Of a DNA stretch of 64,000 bases, positions 22,701 to 36,863 are shown piece after piece. The notes under the pieces were generated by a model. The model was not told the DNA's origin. It worked only from the letters and a program-made list of their open reading frames with translations, and did not search any database. The position numbers and the translations under genes are program-made. Position 1 is the first letter of the stretch. Every line of letters starts with the position of its first letter. This DNA is from Catajapyx aquilonaris. Taxonomy: Eukaryota. The stretch lies in assembly GCA_000934665.2 (NCBI GenBank), contig KZ537999.1:124001-188000 (forward strand), given 5' to 3'.

Positions 22701-25700
22701 ACAAATCGTGCAAATCATTTGCATCGATTGGATTCCAGGGGCGTAGCTTTAGCTTTCATGAGATAACCCAACTCTTTGCAAGTTTCCCTGGTGAGACAAG
22801 TGCAGTAAATTGCAGCGCAAGATTGCATGAATAGAAGGTGCCGGAGTTAAGACCTGAAATCGCGCCTGTGGGAGAGGCTCCTATGCTGGGCCAGCCAGTT
22901 ATGAGGTTTCCACCACAACTATAATGAAATATATCTCACTTTTTTTTAGTTGTACTTTTTCTCTCTCCGTTTCCATCCCCGCCATTCGCACTTGGTGTGT
23001 GCCTTACGCTCCTCTTAACTGGACGTGAGGGATACGGGAACCATGTCCCTGCATACCAACTCCGGATAATTGAAACGGAGCACAGAGACAGAAAACTGCG
23101 ACTCATGAAATATCCTTCTTCCAACTTGAAAAAAAGAAGCATTTTTTTGGGTGCTTTCCATGAATGAGGAGTCATGCGGCTTAACTTGCCCAGCACGGAA
23201 GCGATTCATCTCTGGGGACTTCCTCTTTTTTTTCCTCTCGGGAAGAATACCGGCTGCTGGGGCCGGAACTGACGTCATCAAAAGAATGTGCATCGCGTTC
23301 GTCATTTTTCCGGAGAGGCAAGATCGCTGCTGTAATGGCAAGTGAGGTAAATGCTTCCTAAGCAAGTTTGCCGAAAAATTATAAAAAAACAGTTTTGTCA
23401 GTCTGAAACATTACTTTAAAAATTGATTGTATGAAAATTGACACTTGAAAGAAATGGATGCTATGTACTGCATAAAACGTCAAAACCACTCCTACTCCGC
23501 AAAAAAAACAACCACTCAAAATAATTTAGACAATGTGCGCGTTCTGGCAATGACAGGTAGGTATACTGTATACCGTGTGCATTTAATTACCGTTAGCAGG
23601 GAAAATGTATACAGTATAAAAGAAGCGGCGGCGTCTGACTGATCTAGGTCCGCGTTGTCAAAGAGTCTGCGAAATCTGACGCGAACAATCGCCAAAAGTG
23701 AAGCAGGAGGCCCTACGGCACAGGGGGGAGAGGGTTTTTCCAATTTGGACCTGACGGACAGTTTGTCACTTTTGTCCCCATTCTTTCAACAGCCCAAGAC
23801 TTGAGAGGTATACAAACTTTGCAGGGGGAAAAAGAGAGAGGAAAGGCGAATTTGAGTGGGTCGAACTTCTAAATTACATTATTAAAAAGGGTTTTGGGAG
23901 ACACTTGAACCAATGATTCAGATAATCCTTTTATAATTAGGGTTGTACAAAGATTTCTTTACTGCCAGTGTACAGAGCACTGCACATTTATCCAATAAAT
24001 GAAACCCTGTATGTATTCAGGAAACGTTTAATTGCTAGTAAAATAAAGGATAGATTGTACGCCATTTATTATCAAGAATATTGAACATAAATAATAGTTG
24101 CTCTGAGTGCGCATTGGACAACGTTTTCCAATTCTTTGAGAACATATTTTTTTGAATAATGGTGCGACCTGACTGCGCCTTCTATCCATTCCCATTCGCC
24201 AATAAATCAATACCTACTAATGTCTATCACCAATAACACGTTTACATTTAATGGATACCTTCACGGCTAGGCAATAGAGAATACAAAATCAGTGTATCGC
24301 CCTCAAAATCGATATTCCATTCAGGTGGAAAGTTTATTTAGTTATTCCACCCTTTTAATATTTATGATTCATTATTCGGGCTCACCCATCTCTCAAAAAA
24401 TCAGATGGAAGCCTGACGGAGCCCAAAATTAAGGCGGACCCGACCTCAGAAAAAGAGATGACATTTTTTTTCCTGCCTCACCAAAAATTTTATGATATCG
24501 AAATGTCCCCCGGTTTGCAAAATGCAGCAGACCTTGGAACTCCTTTTCCCCGCCTTTGCCTGAGTAAATAATCTCGATTCGTTACTAGGAATCTGCTCGA
24601 TGCTCACTGGAGACTTGCTTGGTACGAAGAAAAAAACCTCGTCACATCAAATATTAATGACTTAAAGTGACGTGGCCTGATCCGTGGGGGTACATGAGGA
24701 GCCAACTCCTTTTACGAGCTGATTTTCTGAGTCGAAATCAGGGAGCGGGCCAAGTTGGGGGTAAAAAAAAAGAAAGCACCAATCGGAGGCTCCAAACCGT
24801 TTGTGTCTGGAGAGGGAAAACCCTGAGGGCTCCCTGCTGCGGTTCATTTGCATCCAAATCCAAGCACCGATGGCGGGGTATCCTCCTCCTGATGGCGACA
24901 CGTCCTCCTGCAAAACGGCTCCTTCTGGTTGCTTCCTATGTTTCCTCCGGACTCTGAATTCCCATTCCTGGGGAGAAGCCCCATCTCAACACAAACGGCC
25001 GGAGCATTGAAACCAAAGTGGGGCATGTTGGTTTGGGGACACGACATGGTGAAAAATGGCAGCAGTTTTGTATCCAGCTAGGCCAAACCTCATCATCATG
25101 AAACTTAGGATTAAAATATGGCATACGAAGCAATTTTTTTTTCATACTCAGAGGGCAGGTGGCGCCAACTTACTTCGGAGTAACCACTTACTCCAGCACC
25201 TCCCCGGATGAGGTTATCAGATCCTGAGTAGCCGGGACGCAATGCAGTGTTTTGTGAGCGGGTAACAAATGCGGCGTGTAAAAGGGGAGAGCCCTCCCCG
25301 GAGCAAGTCATAAGGCGAAGATGAAAGGCTGCGACGTCATCAGGAATCCCTTCCACGGCCGAGAGGACTCGATCTTTCTCTCTCTCTCTCCCTCCCAATA
25401 CTCTCATCTCACCCCGAGCAACATCCCAGAATGCAATGAGCACAGACACTGCCAATTACTAACCCTGCGGTCCGTCCGCATGGCTGCCTCATCCGGAACA
25501 CACCCCTCACCCCAACCATGAATTATGCACCGGCCATTACTCAGGACAAGCCCCTGGTAAAAGGACACCCACTCATACGCACAAGGTTACTCTTACACGC
25601 CCCGTTTCTTCTCCTGCCAGCATTTACAGGCAAGCAATCCAGATTAACCGCTCCGTCTAACACGGAAAGGCAGCCTGGGCACATCACCAAGCAGCGGCTA

Positions 25701-25813
25701 AGATGGCCCTCATGTGATATTAATCACAAATTTAGTAATTAATTCTCAAGGGAGCGCCCATTCAACTGAATCGCAACATTAGGAACATCAGTCACTTCGC
25801 ATGCCCACTGTTA

Positions 25814-25868
25814 TGCGCATGCGCACCTCTTAGTACGCATGCGCACTACTTTTCCGTCAGATGGTGCA
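25814..25868. promoter_or_regulatory. Two NRF1/EWG-type palindromes 20 bp apart, followed by a CTCF-like motif
   Basis: TGCGCATGCGCA (25814), TACGCATGCGCA (25834), CCGTCAGATGGTGCA (25854). Motif matches only. Confidence 0.4.
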
Positions 25869-27119
25869 GAGCCCTCCATTTTGTTATCGCCAAATGCACC
25901 GATACCCAGACCATTTCTCCCAAAAAATCTGAACCGATCAAAAATAATTTGAGAGAGGGCTGGGCCTCCACCCGACGTCCCCTTCTGCCGACGAGCTGGA
26001 GTAATATGGGGCCATATCTCAAAAAACTTTTTTTGAGGAAGATTTTGGCCCTTCCTTTCCTTGAAGCGGAGGAGGCGGGACACGATTTATTACTCCGGGC
26101 CTGCACTGGCACAGGCCATTCCTGCATCCAGATACGGGTTTGGAGGAGGTTTTTTTTTGGGTGGGTGGGTGGAGACATTCCCCCCTCTCCATGCCATCAT
26201 CATCTCACTTTTTTTCCCCTCACCGTCTCTCAGTCACCCCCCTCCCACTGCAATCATCAGCAGCCATGTTTACCTACGCACTTTTCTACGGGCAGATAGG
26301 GATGAGTTGTGAAGGTTTTCGACTACAAAAAGGGGGCGACATGGGGAGTATCGCCCTCAGTTGACTTTCTCAAGCACCTACAGGGTGCCAAAAAATGCCA
26401 AAAAATGCCACCAAAATTTGGACACACCTTGTACCCCATAAACGAATCCAATAACAGCCGCAGCCATTGTTGACTAGGATATCACGTTCCAATAACCGCA
26501 AGGTCCCGTGCATTCAAGAAGAAACCCTTTTTTCCCCACCAAAAAATTTTCGCCACCCAGTATGCATTGTCATGAAGCCAATATTGCCATGGAAGTTTAT
26601 CCGGACAAAGCTGATCAACTGCGACACTTGCGCAAATAATTTTTGCCCGCTTTTAGTAACAGAAAAAAAAATTGTGCCTTAATCCTCTTAGAAGCTGGAG
26701 GTAAAAGGCAGAGAAAAGCAGGCCTGTATGGAGTGGGGAAATGATTATTGAGTTGGAAAAGAGGGCAATTAAGACGTGCAGAACGGGGAGGTTGGGGTAA
26801 TGTAAGACAATTGCAAATTCCGAGTGCGCACTTTCAGAGGGGAGCCCAAGTGGACACGTTGCTTAGGCTTCCCCTCCTTACAAATCCCCCTGATTATGGC
26901 CGCCTTTTGCAAAACTTTCCTCCTTTTCAGTGGGAGGAGGGCGAGGCTCCGACTTGCACAACGCTAATCACTTGGCTCCTTGCTCCAGGAGGGGGAGATA
27001 AAAGTCTTCTACGGAGTTTCCTGGATGCAACGCACCTACTGTCACTGCCAAAGACCAACCGCCACTTTTGGCACAGGACGGAAAAACATATCCAGCATAA
27101 TAATTCATGGCAATGGACG

Positions 27120-27291
27120 TAATCCTCGCAATCCAAGCGAACAATATTCTCAATACGTGCTGAGGAAATTACAAGGATAATCCTCTTATAATTGTCGCAT
27201 AATCCGGCCAATCCCGGTTAAACCATAGTAATCCCCGGTAATCCCTGGCAATCAGATAATCCCATGCAGTCAATGGAAATCCTGGCAATCC
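27120..27291. repeat. Degenerate ~10-bp-period array of TAATCC/CAATCC (K50 homeodomain-type sites)
   Basis: TAATCC at 27120, 27178, 27200, 27229, 27239 and 27257; CAATCC at 27129, 27209 and 27286; AAATCC at 27277; all on the same strand. Confidence 0.7.
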
Positions 27292-30200
27292 TACCATACA
27301 TTTTTTTTTCCGAGCGACTTCCTTTTCATCCAGTGCATGACAAATTTTCAACTTTCTTACAATAATGGGGCCCTTTGGGAAATTTGTACACGAATAGCTC
27401 AGCCACACCTATAAACACTCATTCCACCACTTTTAGCACCAAAATGTCATTCCTCGATAGATTACCGCGGGTTTAAAAGTCACTCTGAAATCGGCGGGGG
27501 AAAGGGGGCGTGGCCTAACGGGCGCATTGCAATTCCTGCCTAACAACAGTGACGTCAGCAGACCGGGTGCGTTTCTGCCTCTGCACCGATCTGTTTAGTG
27601 ACAGTGCCGTCAGGGGCAGTACCGTATAATTAAGATCGATCATACCTCAAAAACTAATACGTATTTCTTCGAACAAAAAACACCACTATTAATTTGAAAA
27701 TAAGGAAGATTTTTTAACATGGGTTTGTAATATGTATAGGATAGGGCCACATTATTATCCCGTATCTACTGTATTTGAGATCATGCCCTGGAGCGCCCCA
27801 GTGGTCTAGTTCTAGCCCCGCATTTCCGTCTTTCCAGTGCCAACAACGTCTGTTGCTGCTTCTGCTGGCCCCGCCTGCGACCGAGGGCCATATTGAAGCG
27901 GTCCACTTGAAGCAGCTTTGGTTACGACCGCACGTCTAGAATCCGGTGTACAACCCTCCTCTCCTTTCCCTCACCCCCTTGCGCCGCAAAAGCTGCCGAA
28001 TTTCGACTCCGCCCGCAGGATGGTGTAAAGACGGCCATTACGAACTACACATCCAACTGGAGCCCGGGCTAAGATTTGCATACAGATAACTTCTCCTCTA
28101 CCATCCCCCAACCATGGAAATTCGGTACTGCAGGCAGGCCCCACATGTAGGCAATTTTGTACAGTCTCTTATAAATGGAAACACGCGAGTTTCCATCTCG
28201 TTTTTGCCCCAGTCCCCAGCTCTTAAAGATATGCCCGCAGTTTCGCCTTTTGCTCGCGACTATATATGTTTTTTTTTGCATACACATAACATGGACGCCA
28301 CTGAAACTACAACCTTCCCCTCTTTCGCTTTAACTTGGACTAGTCCAGCAGGTAAAGAGTCCTAGCCCGGGCCACGACAAATTTACATTACAACCGTCTT
28401 CTCTAAAGGTGAGCCTTGTAATTAGCCTAATTACTTTAGGGCTAATTACTTTCACTCTGCTATTCTCAGTATTCTGGCGGAGTGTACACTTGCTTACTTG
28501 CAGCTCTCGCCGAGATGTTTGCGAGATTTGTTTCCTCGGCTCTCGGACGTTTAGAGAGGGAACTTGGCCGAGTCTATGACGGATTTCTAGCCTGTTTGTG
28601 CAGTGCGGCATGAGCGAGCTGCAATTGCCCGCCATTAATTGCTCCGCGTCTCATTAGTCGACCTGACAAGCATTGAGAAAACCTTTTGACGCGATGTCGC
28701 TTATAAAAATTGAGCTAAGTGCGTCAAGGCGAGTTTTTATTGATGCCCAAGACACTGCAATCACTGCGCTTTATGGTGTCACTATTGCCCTATAGGGACA
28801 CCATAAGGGCCCTTTGGGGTCACATGGTACAAAAATTCGGGCACTAGAGTGTGCGCCTATTATTACAGCGGCGGATATTGCTTCAAAAATAATTCATAAC
28901 GTAATAAACATGCCAGGATGCTGTGTGAACAAAACAATCGAAATATTTGACTCACCGCCATTTGGACTCAATTTTTCTTCCGTTTTCTTGGGGCGACTAT
29001 TAAACCCCCCAATTTACACAGCACATTAGAGAAGAGCTGGCAAAATAATTTCCCAGCGTGGCAAACTGAGCCTCTCCCCATCCCAGCCTCCTGCCACCAT
29101 AACCCTTTGGGCTCAACCTTAGTGTAGCCTCATAAACCCCTAGCCCCAGAAAACTCATCCCCACTCCGCCTTTTATATTGGCCAATTAAACAGATGAGAC
29201 AAGTGAAAGCTAAAGGTTGCCTCGGGCTCGTAAGCAGCGTCCTCTATAGCAATAGCAAATATTACGACCATCGGTAAGACCTGATCATGGCCAAAAAACC
29301 TGGTGACCCAAGTTTCCTCTTGGTTTTTTCTGTAAAAGCATCAGACTCTTTTGATGAGGCAGAGCAAGTCGACTGGCAGAAGAGTGTTTGGGGAGCCTGT
29401 GCCTTTACCTTCCATTCCCCCCCATCTCTTATTCTCTCAACCCCTTTTCGGCCTCCACATCGATCTCAAACACGCCTTCAAGGAGAGAGGAGGATCCCAT
29501 TTTCCCCCGTGTTGGACTCTGAAATGACAGGTTCAACTTCCAGCCGCCAATTCCCCAGCATTTCCTACGCTTCATATAGCTTTCAATCGAATCACCGCAA
29601 GGAATGAACCGGGCTCCTTTGGAAAAAATGAACAGGAAAAAAAAATTGTCCTTGCTACGAAAAAAAATTGAAAATGCGAATAGGACATGATGATGGTAAT
29701 GAGGATGGGAGAGTGTGGACAGAAAGTTTCCCAGTCCCCCGGAAGGCACGAAAATTAAAATGAAACTTTGATTTCCGCGGGCCTGGAAGCCGTTCATTAA
29801 AAAATCCTATGGCAGTCGTGTTTTGGGGAAGAGGTTATAAAACGCAACAGTCAGATACCAGGAAATCGTCGGGGAAAAGGAAACTTGGGGCCAAACCGCA
29901 CGCAGTTTTCGCCAAGAATTCGCGTCCGGAAAAGGGAGGAGAGTTTTAATTAAATAATTTGATCCTGGAAACCACCTTTCGCCTCGATTTTAATGATGTT
30001 TCAAGCGCAGCAGGTATACACGGATCCGACCAGGTCGAGAGGCGTAAGATTCACATTACAGAGTCATGTCGTTGCAATGACTGTACAGCGTACTGGCAAT
30101 TTAATTATAGTAATGCAGTTCATGTTAATATACAATTAGCATGTACTTTTACAAAATCCCTTCAGAAATGTAAACATGCCCATATTTTGAATTGTTATTA

Positions 30201-33200
30201 TCATTATTGACATGGTCTATGCCCGATAAACACAATAATAACCCATTAATAATATTATTATTAATAAAATAATATTACAAAATTTAATTATGCATTTACG
30301 TATATGTGACACAATACCAAGGAGAATGTCCTCAGCTTTCCCAAAATGGACATGCTCTCCAATGAATTATTCATTCTAACATCGGATAAATTACTGTGAT
30401 ACTTGCAGTACATGCCCTGAGCAGTTTTGGACAATACAACTACACACTGTAGATTTTAGTGTATGTTCAAATAGGCAGTAACTATGACAAGTTAATCGAA
30501 ATTTGAGAAATTTTGTACGCTCACTGAGTTCTGTGCGTGCATGAATATTTTATTTCCAGACCAGAGAGGGTTTTTACTTTTTCCTGGTCATGCACATCAC
30601 GACACGGAGAACGCCAGTACGCAAAGAGAGATATAGAGTACTGTACTTGCAAAGAATGAGCATTGGCGGAATTTTATGCGATACATTACTCACGCACATG
30701 CATATGCTTGCAATTTCACGCTGAAACGAACATGGTCAAATAAACCATTTACTCTCCACATGCACTGTATTTTGTGCACATGAATTCATTCATATTGTAA
30801 AATGTATGCAACACACGAAGGAATAATTATGCAAGCAACTCGGAATTAGGTTGCCATGGTATGGGGAAATTCTAGAATATTTATATGCTCCAGTGCGTGC
30901 ATTATAATACAGAGTATCTGTCACCAATCCCAATTATTACAATAAGTATGATTTTTAGTATGTGCATTTTGGAAAGCTCAGAAAGAGTGAACGTTTATGT
31001 TAGACACTTGACGAACATATCAATACGAGTTATGTCCTTACAAGTGCAACGTGTGCTCATTATTTTATCATAAGTTATTATAGTTCCAGAGAGTTTGGAA
31101 CTAAGTTGTCGCAATGTAATATTGCAAATCAAGTTATCAGTAACTCCGATATTCTATCTCACAAGCACATCACTAAAAACCAACCTCTCCAACTATTTCG
31201 CTAAAATCGTACCCGCCTAAATAGCACCCAAAAAAGTACATCAATTTAATTTCAGAAAATGTGAATGCTCGCAGCACCACGGCGCGTTTCAAATTAACCA
31301 ACATTCTTCATATCCCCAGGCATCAACACACCCCTTCTCGAAAATTCTCACCAGTAAAAGACCTGTGCTCCATTCGAGTGGGTGTGAGAGACAAGGTGCC
31401 TGAAATTAGCTGTTGGATGTCTGAAACTCCTGAAGTCTGCTGAACAACCCTTTGAGTCCCAAGATTGCTGGCTTGGCAGGGTAGCAGTCAGAAAAAGGAG
31501 AGGGGGAAAAAAGGGGATGAAAAGCAAGGGGTGAATAGTGGGGGAGTTGGAATTGTCAGAATCTTCCCCCCTCCAGTTCAGTGGGTGCCCTCCTGTGTCG
31601 CATTACCCTCAACCCCCCATCTCTCCCCCTCTCTCGCAACTTGGCCCTCCCATCATTACCCCTCCCATCATTTTCCCCACTTCATTTCCTCCCATCAATT
31701 TGCACCCAACCCTACTCAGTCCCAGAGACTCGCAACTCGGGGCCCCTAACACACAACCTGGGAACAATAATTCGCGAGTCAGTACTGAAAGTACTGAAAA
31801 ATTCTGCATGATCCCCGTGAAAAAGAGCAAGTGTGCTCTTTACTTGCAGGAATTGTCTTACCTATTAGTGCATCCGCACGCTAATTTTAAGCTACTGTCA
31901 TTTCCAATTAGATGGACAAGTGCACCACACTTTTGCGTACAGTCTCTAGGATTGCGAGGCTTACAAACTGTGTTTGCATTAAATTGAGTTTTGCATGAAA
32001 GCAACGCTGAAAGGTGGATAAAACTTGTGTTGCCAGGAGACGATTCTCTTCAATGGTAGCTAGCTTTTCATTAATTTGGAAATTTGATGCAATATTCAGT
32101 GATGCTTGTATGCGGTAAAGATGAATATTTCATTGTGTACAGAAACTACGCACCCCAACATCAACCATTTCCCCGAATTAAAAAAAAATCAGAGCAAATA
32201 TTTCGGTATGCAACAACATCGACCTGCCAATGAATAAAATATAAAAATCTTGCTGAAACATGTGAAAATAGTGGACTCAAACAAATTCAACAAATACTGC
32301 GTCATTTACTGCTATCACTTGTTGTAAAATTGATATCTTCATGACAATACACGTGTGTCGATTACCCGCAAATTTTTTGGGGGAAATTCGGGTTATGCAC
32401 GTGGCTTGATCCATCTAGCCTCCCACCACCTCTTTTCACCTCGTGTCAGATTAATTCACAAAGGGCTCCAGCTTTCTCCAACCCCGAATTAATCAAATCC
32501 GGTAAGGTTGGGGGGGGGGGGGAGGTGGGAGTTACGGGACCCGGATTCTGCGGACCACCCTGGGCGTCTTAGAACAAGTTTTCTTGCCAAAAAGTCCTGC
32601 GGGCTGGAAACACAGGCCGGAGAATCCACGGAATCCAGGGGAAGATTCTCCCTCCTCCCACTACCAAAATCAGGATTATTGCATTCCGTTGCCTTTGATT
32701 ATATGGTTCGACTGGCGTCATAGCAGCAGCGCCAGTAGTCATGCTTCCATTTCCACCCAACTCGCCCAAAAAAACACAGGACCAATTGGGCAGAGCGCTA
32801 ATGATCCGTCAGTTATTGCACTATTGATTTCACCTGACGTCCTGCACGTGTATCAATCCGGATTGAGAATTGTCACGATTTCATGCTAGACACGTGGAAT
32901 TTACAAATAAATTTTTAAAAAATGCTATACGCATGCGCCAACATTGCAACAACGCACAGAGTTGCCATTTTCCACTATCAGTAACTCGGGAAGGTAAAAA
33001 GGCACCGCTTTTTTGATAAACAGATAAGCGGAGCGATCTCGGTTATACGCGGATAAAAAAATAGTCTCCAAAGTTGGTTCCCATCTTGCAGCGATCTCGA
33101 TGCAGGCCTGAGGACAGAATGAGTTTCGGCAAGGAGAAGATGACTGCAACTTCCACCTCCCTTTTCCTTCCTTTTGCAACCTCCGGGCCTTTATTCACTT

Positions 33201-36200
33201 ATTGTGAACCGCCGAGACGGAGCACCGGGGATCTCTCTTCTTCTCCTTCTTCTCTGCCTTGACAAATGCTCTGGGCGAAGCCGGATTAAGACCCAGTCAG
33301 GGATGACATGACTCTCTTCCTTCTCTCATCCCCAACACTTCTTCCCAAAGACACATTTCAAGGTGGGCTACGGATCACTAAACCGCACCTCAAAAGTCTC
33401 CATATCCCAGATTATCTTCTTTTGTGCGTCGAGTTCTATACTCTCGAACATGAAGGATGGATGTGAATATGCAGGATGAACTGTGACATCTCCCAGAGCC
33501 TCATTCTGTTAACAAATTTAAGGAAAAAGTGGAGCGATATATTTACGTCAGAGAACCAGCGGAAGTTCCATTTCCTAAATATAGCCTACCACTGCCGTGT
33601 TTGTGCCCTTTACTACCAGCATTGCACTATGACATTAGGAAAAAATATCACGAAATAGCAACGCTTACAGTATATTCTAACTTCAGAGTTGTGTCTGTGG
33701 CTGCAGTCATGCATAATAAGGACTTATAACATATGGTGTTGTGCATTTGCGAACACTCCAATGCTACTAACTCCTGCAATTTTAGCAACATATGAAACAA
33801 GTACTAGTTCGTAATGACCAAACAACTTTTGTAAAAACGTGACAAAATAAGCCGAATTGGACATCCCTGCCTCTCCCTATATTCCCCCTGTGCTGAGTAA
33901 CTCCCTAGGGATTTTGTCAGGGGATGGGAGAAGGAGTAGAATCCAACAACTAGTGGATCACAAACGACTTCCAGTTGGCTGCGAGCCCCGCAGCCACCAA
34001 ACCTAAGACGTTCCCGTGGAAATTAGATGGAAAAGAAAGTGAGCTGAGGTGGAGGAGGATTCGTTTCTGAGCGGCTTTGAAGAAAAGTGGGTACTACTAC
34101 TCACTCAAATTAAACTTTAAATACCTTTCCTCTCTGTAACCGGGTTTTATGCTGCGGTGTCGCTCTCATTTACCAATTAGATCGAGGAGAGAGCCTGGCT
34201 CGCAAATCCAACGCGATCTATATATACACTCGTCTGGTTGCTAAGACGGAGCTGCTGCCGGATAAGTGAAGAAAGGTTTCCTTCCACAGTGAATCTCTTT
34301 TGGAAGAAAGCAGCTGTAATTCGCATCATTTTTATGCGACTTGTTCCCGGCTGCACAACTGCATAAAACTGGTTTACGTACAAACCGTGTTATCTGGCAG
34401 TCCTTAAATCTTCCCAAAAGAGCAAGCAACCCTCTGCCGTTAAGAGGAGCGTGACGTATGCTGCTCTTTCTCGAAAAGAGCGCCATTTAAGCAACTTTCC
34501 TTTTCTTGGGGGTTCCAAGCCCGTAAAAGGAGGGGGGCGCAGTTACCATATCCCTTGCAGGGAACGGTTAATTGTAGGCCTTATCTGCACATTTTCCTGG
34601 GCGACAACGCTCACTCCCCCTTCCCGCAAAACTTGCTAAACGAGTTGATGCAAACTACAATTTCCACCGTTTCATATAGCTCCGAGGTAAAAAGGGAAAG
34701 AAAACACACGTCACAGCAGTTATCTCCTAGCTAGATGGAATTTTGGGGATTCCCCGCAACGGCCACTACTTTCAAAGGAAACGGTGATATTTTCAGCTAA
34801 TATTTCTGTCATCCACTAAACCATTGGAACCGTAGCTATATAGTAACATGGTGTAAAGCTGCCATCATGACTAGAACCACTTGTTTTGTATGGAAGAGAA
34901 GACTCTGATAGTAAATAACGCTGTGCTACATCACTGCACTGGCCAGAAAAAGCTACACCAATGCAACTTGTCTTGGCCGCGGCCGCAATTACCTTCATGT
35001 TGCCGAGTTTTGTGGAAGAGGAAAAAAAAGCGATTTCCTTCTCTATCTCTCTTCTTTCCAATTTTTTTTTGTTTCAATGGAGATAACCAGTGTTGATGGC
35101 GATTCGAGATGACGGATGCGACGGGTTGGAGTGAAGAAAAATGTAGCGGCGGTCGTAGAGAACGCTCAAAATGGCGGGGGAAGAGAGCTATGAAGTGATG
35201 CAGGATCAGCACTGCAGAAGTTGTCAAAATTGGGGAAAGGGTTATTATTTTTGGCCGAGACCGAAAACACTGTCAAAATGAGACCAACTCAGGTGTAATT
35301 TGTGGGTGTCGCCAAGTCACATTAATGCCAACGAAGTAAATGCATGCCTGAACTATATGTGTTCTTAAGTTCTCAGGACGACATGAAAATATTGCCCAGT
35401 CGCATGGGTGAAATACATGAGGCACAAAGGCCAAATGGTCACTAAGCTTCTTATTATTACTTAACAATGTGGGTACCATTGCTCATTAATATTAATAGAA
35501 AACATAAATTTTCCAGCATGTGTGGCATGTAATTTAGAACAGTCGATGGTTAATTTAACTATTTCCACAATTTATAGTGGAAAATTAATAATACACAAAT
35601 TAATAGTATGTCTAGTCTAAATTAAACACTGGAGTATAATGCACAAGCCTACAATATTTTTAAAAAAATGATAAAATCAGTACAAATACGGTATGTAATA
35701 AATCAAGAAGTAAGAAGATGATAAATAACAATTTAAAATGAAACCTTACAAAATGTGTACAATAATAATAATTAGCAAATAACCCAAATAAATTAAAATA
35801 ATAAATTTTAAAGGTGGTCATGGAGATAATCCTTAATTAATCAGTTATTTTAGAGAGCCAAATTATTCTTGCAAATTTATGAGGCTCACTGAAAGCGATC
35901 TTGTTCAGTATTTCAGGTGATTCTTGCCCTTGAATGCTGATGATGATTTTTAATGTCGAAGCTCAAATGTTAATTGCAGATCAGGTGCTAATATATTATT
36001 AGCCGTAGCCTATTACATTAGCTCGCTCATGAACGTAATTTTGGATCAATAAAAAGAGCTAATTGACCAAATTGGGACAGGTTAATAAGAAACTGCAGTT
36101 CGACCCGCGTCTTCGAACAATGGCAAATTCTTGCAAAAATTTTGCATGGTCATCAGCATTACTCCAGTTCAGATATGCTTTCCCTGCACACATACTGACA

Positions 36201-36863
36201 GCATTAAATTTTCCATTTTTTGCCAAAAAATGAACCCGGCTGAAGTATTTGATTTATCAAACCCCAGGCCCAATATTTATGTTGACAGACTCTCTGTCTG
36301 GAGTATGCCCTTCTGAAGGCGGGTGGGGGGTGGGCGCAAGTGTAACTTCATTACTGCTAATTCACTTACAGGGCACGTCGTATTGAATCAATCTAGCGGT
36401 GGCCCAGTTCTCACCTGGGTGTGAAAAAGCCAGCCGTTGCACAACTACCGGGGCGATAATAAAAGCGCCTTGGCCTACCTATCAAGCCCTGGATGGCCCA
36501 AAAGAGCAGCCTGCCAAATAAAACCGGCCGGTTATAAACAGTCGGCTCGTCAAGGGAGCCAGACACACACAACCCTTTTTAGCCGCTAATTTACAGCTGC
36601 CCCCTGCTTTGACACGCGTCTCATTAGCTTTGAAGCCGGGGCCATACACAGCAAGAAAACCCGCTGCATAAATTTGTTATCTCTTAATCAGGCCTGGTCA
36701 GCTATAGTTATATGTGGAGGCAACACCGTACGAATACCGACATTTTGAAAATGCAGTGAACAGAACAGGGGCAGTGTTTCGCAAATATTTCTCAGCTACT
36801 ATAGAATTGGCTTCTGTGCCTCCAGATTTCTGTTTGTCCGCGGTCAGTCATCAATTAGTGCTA

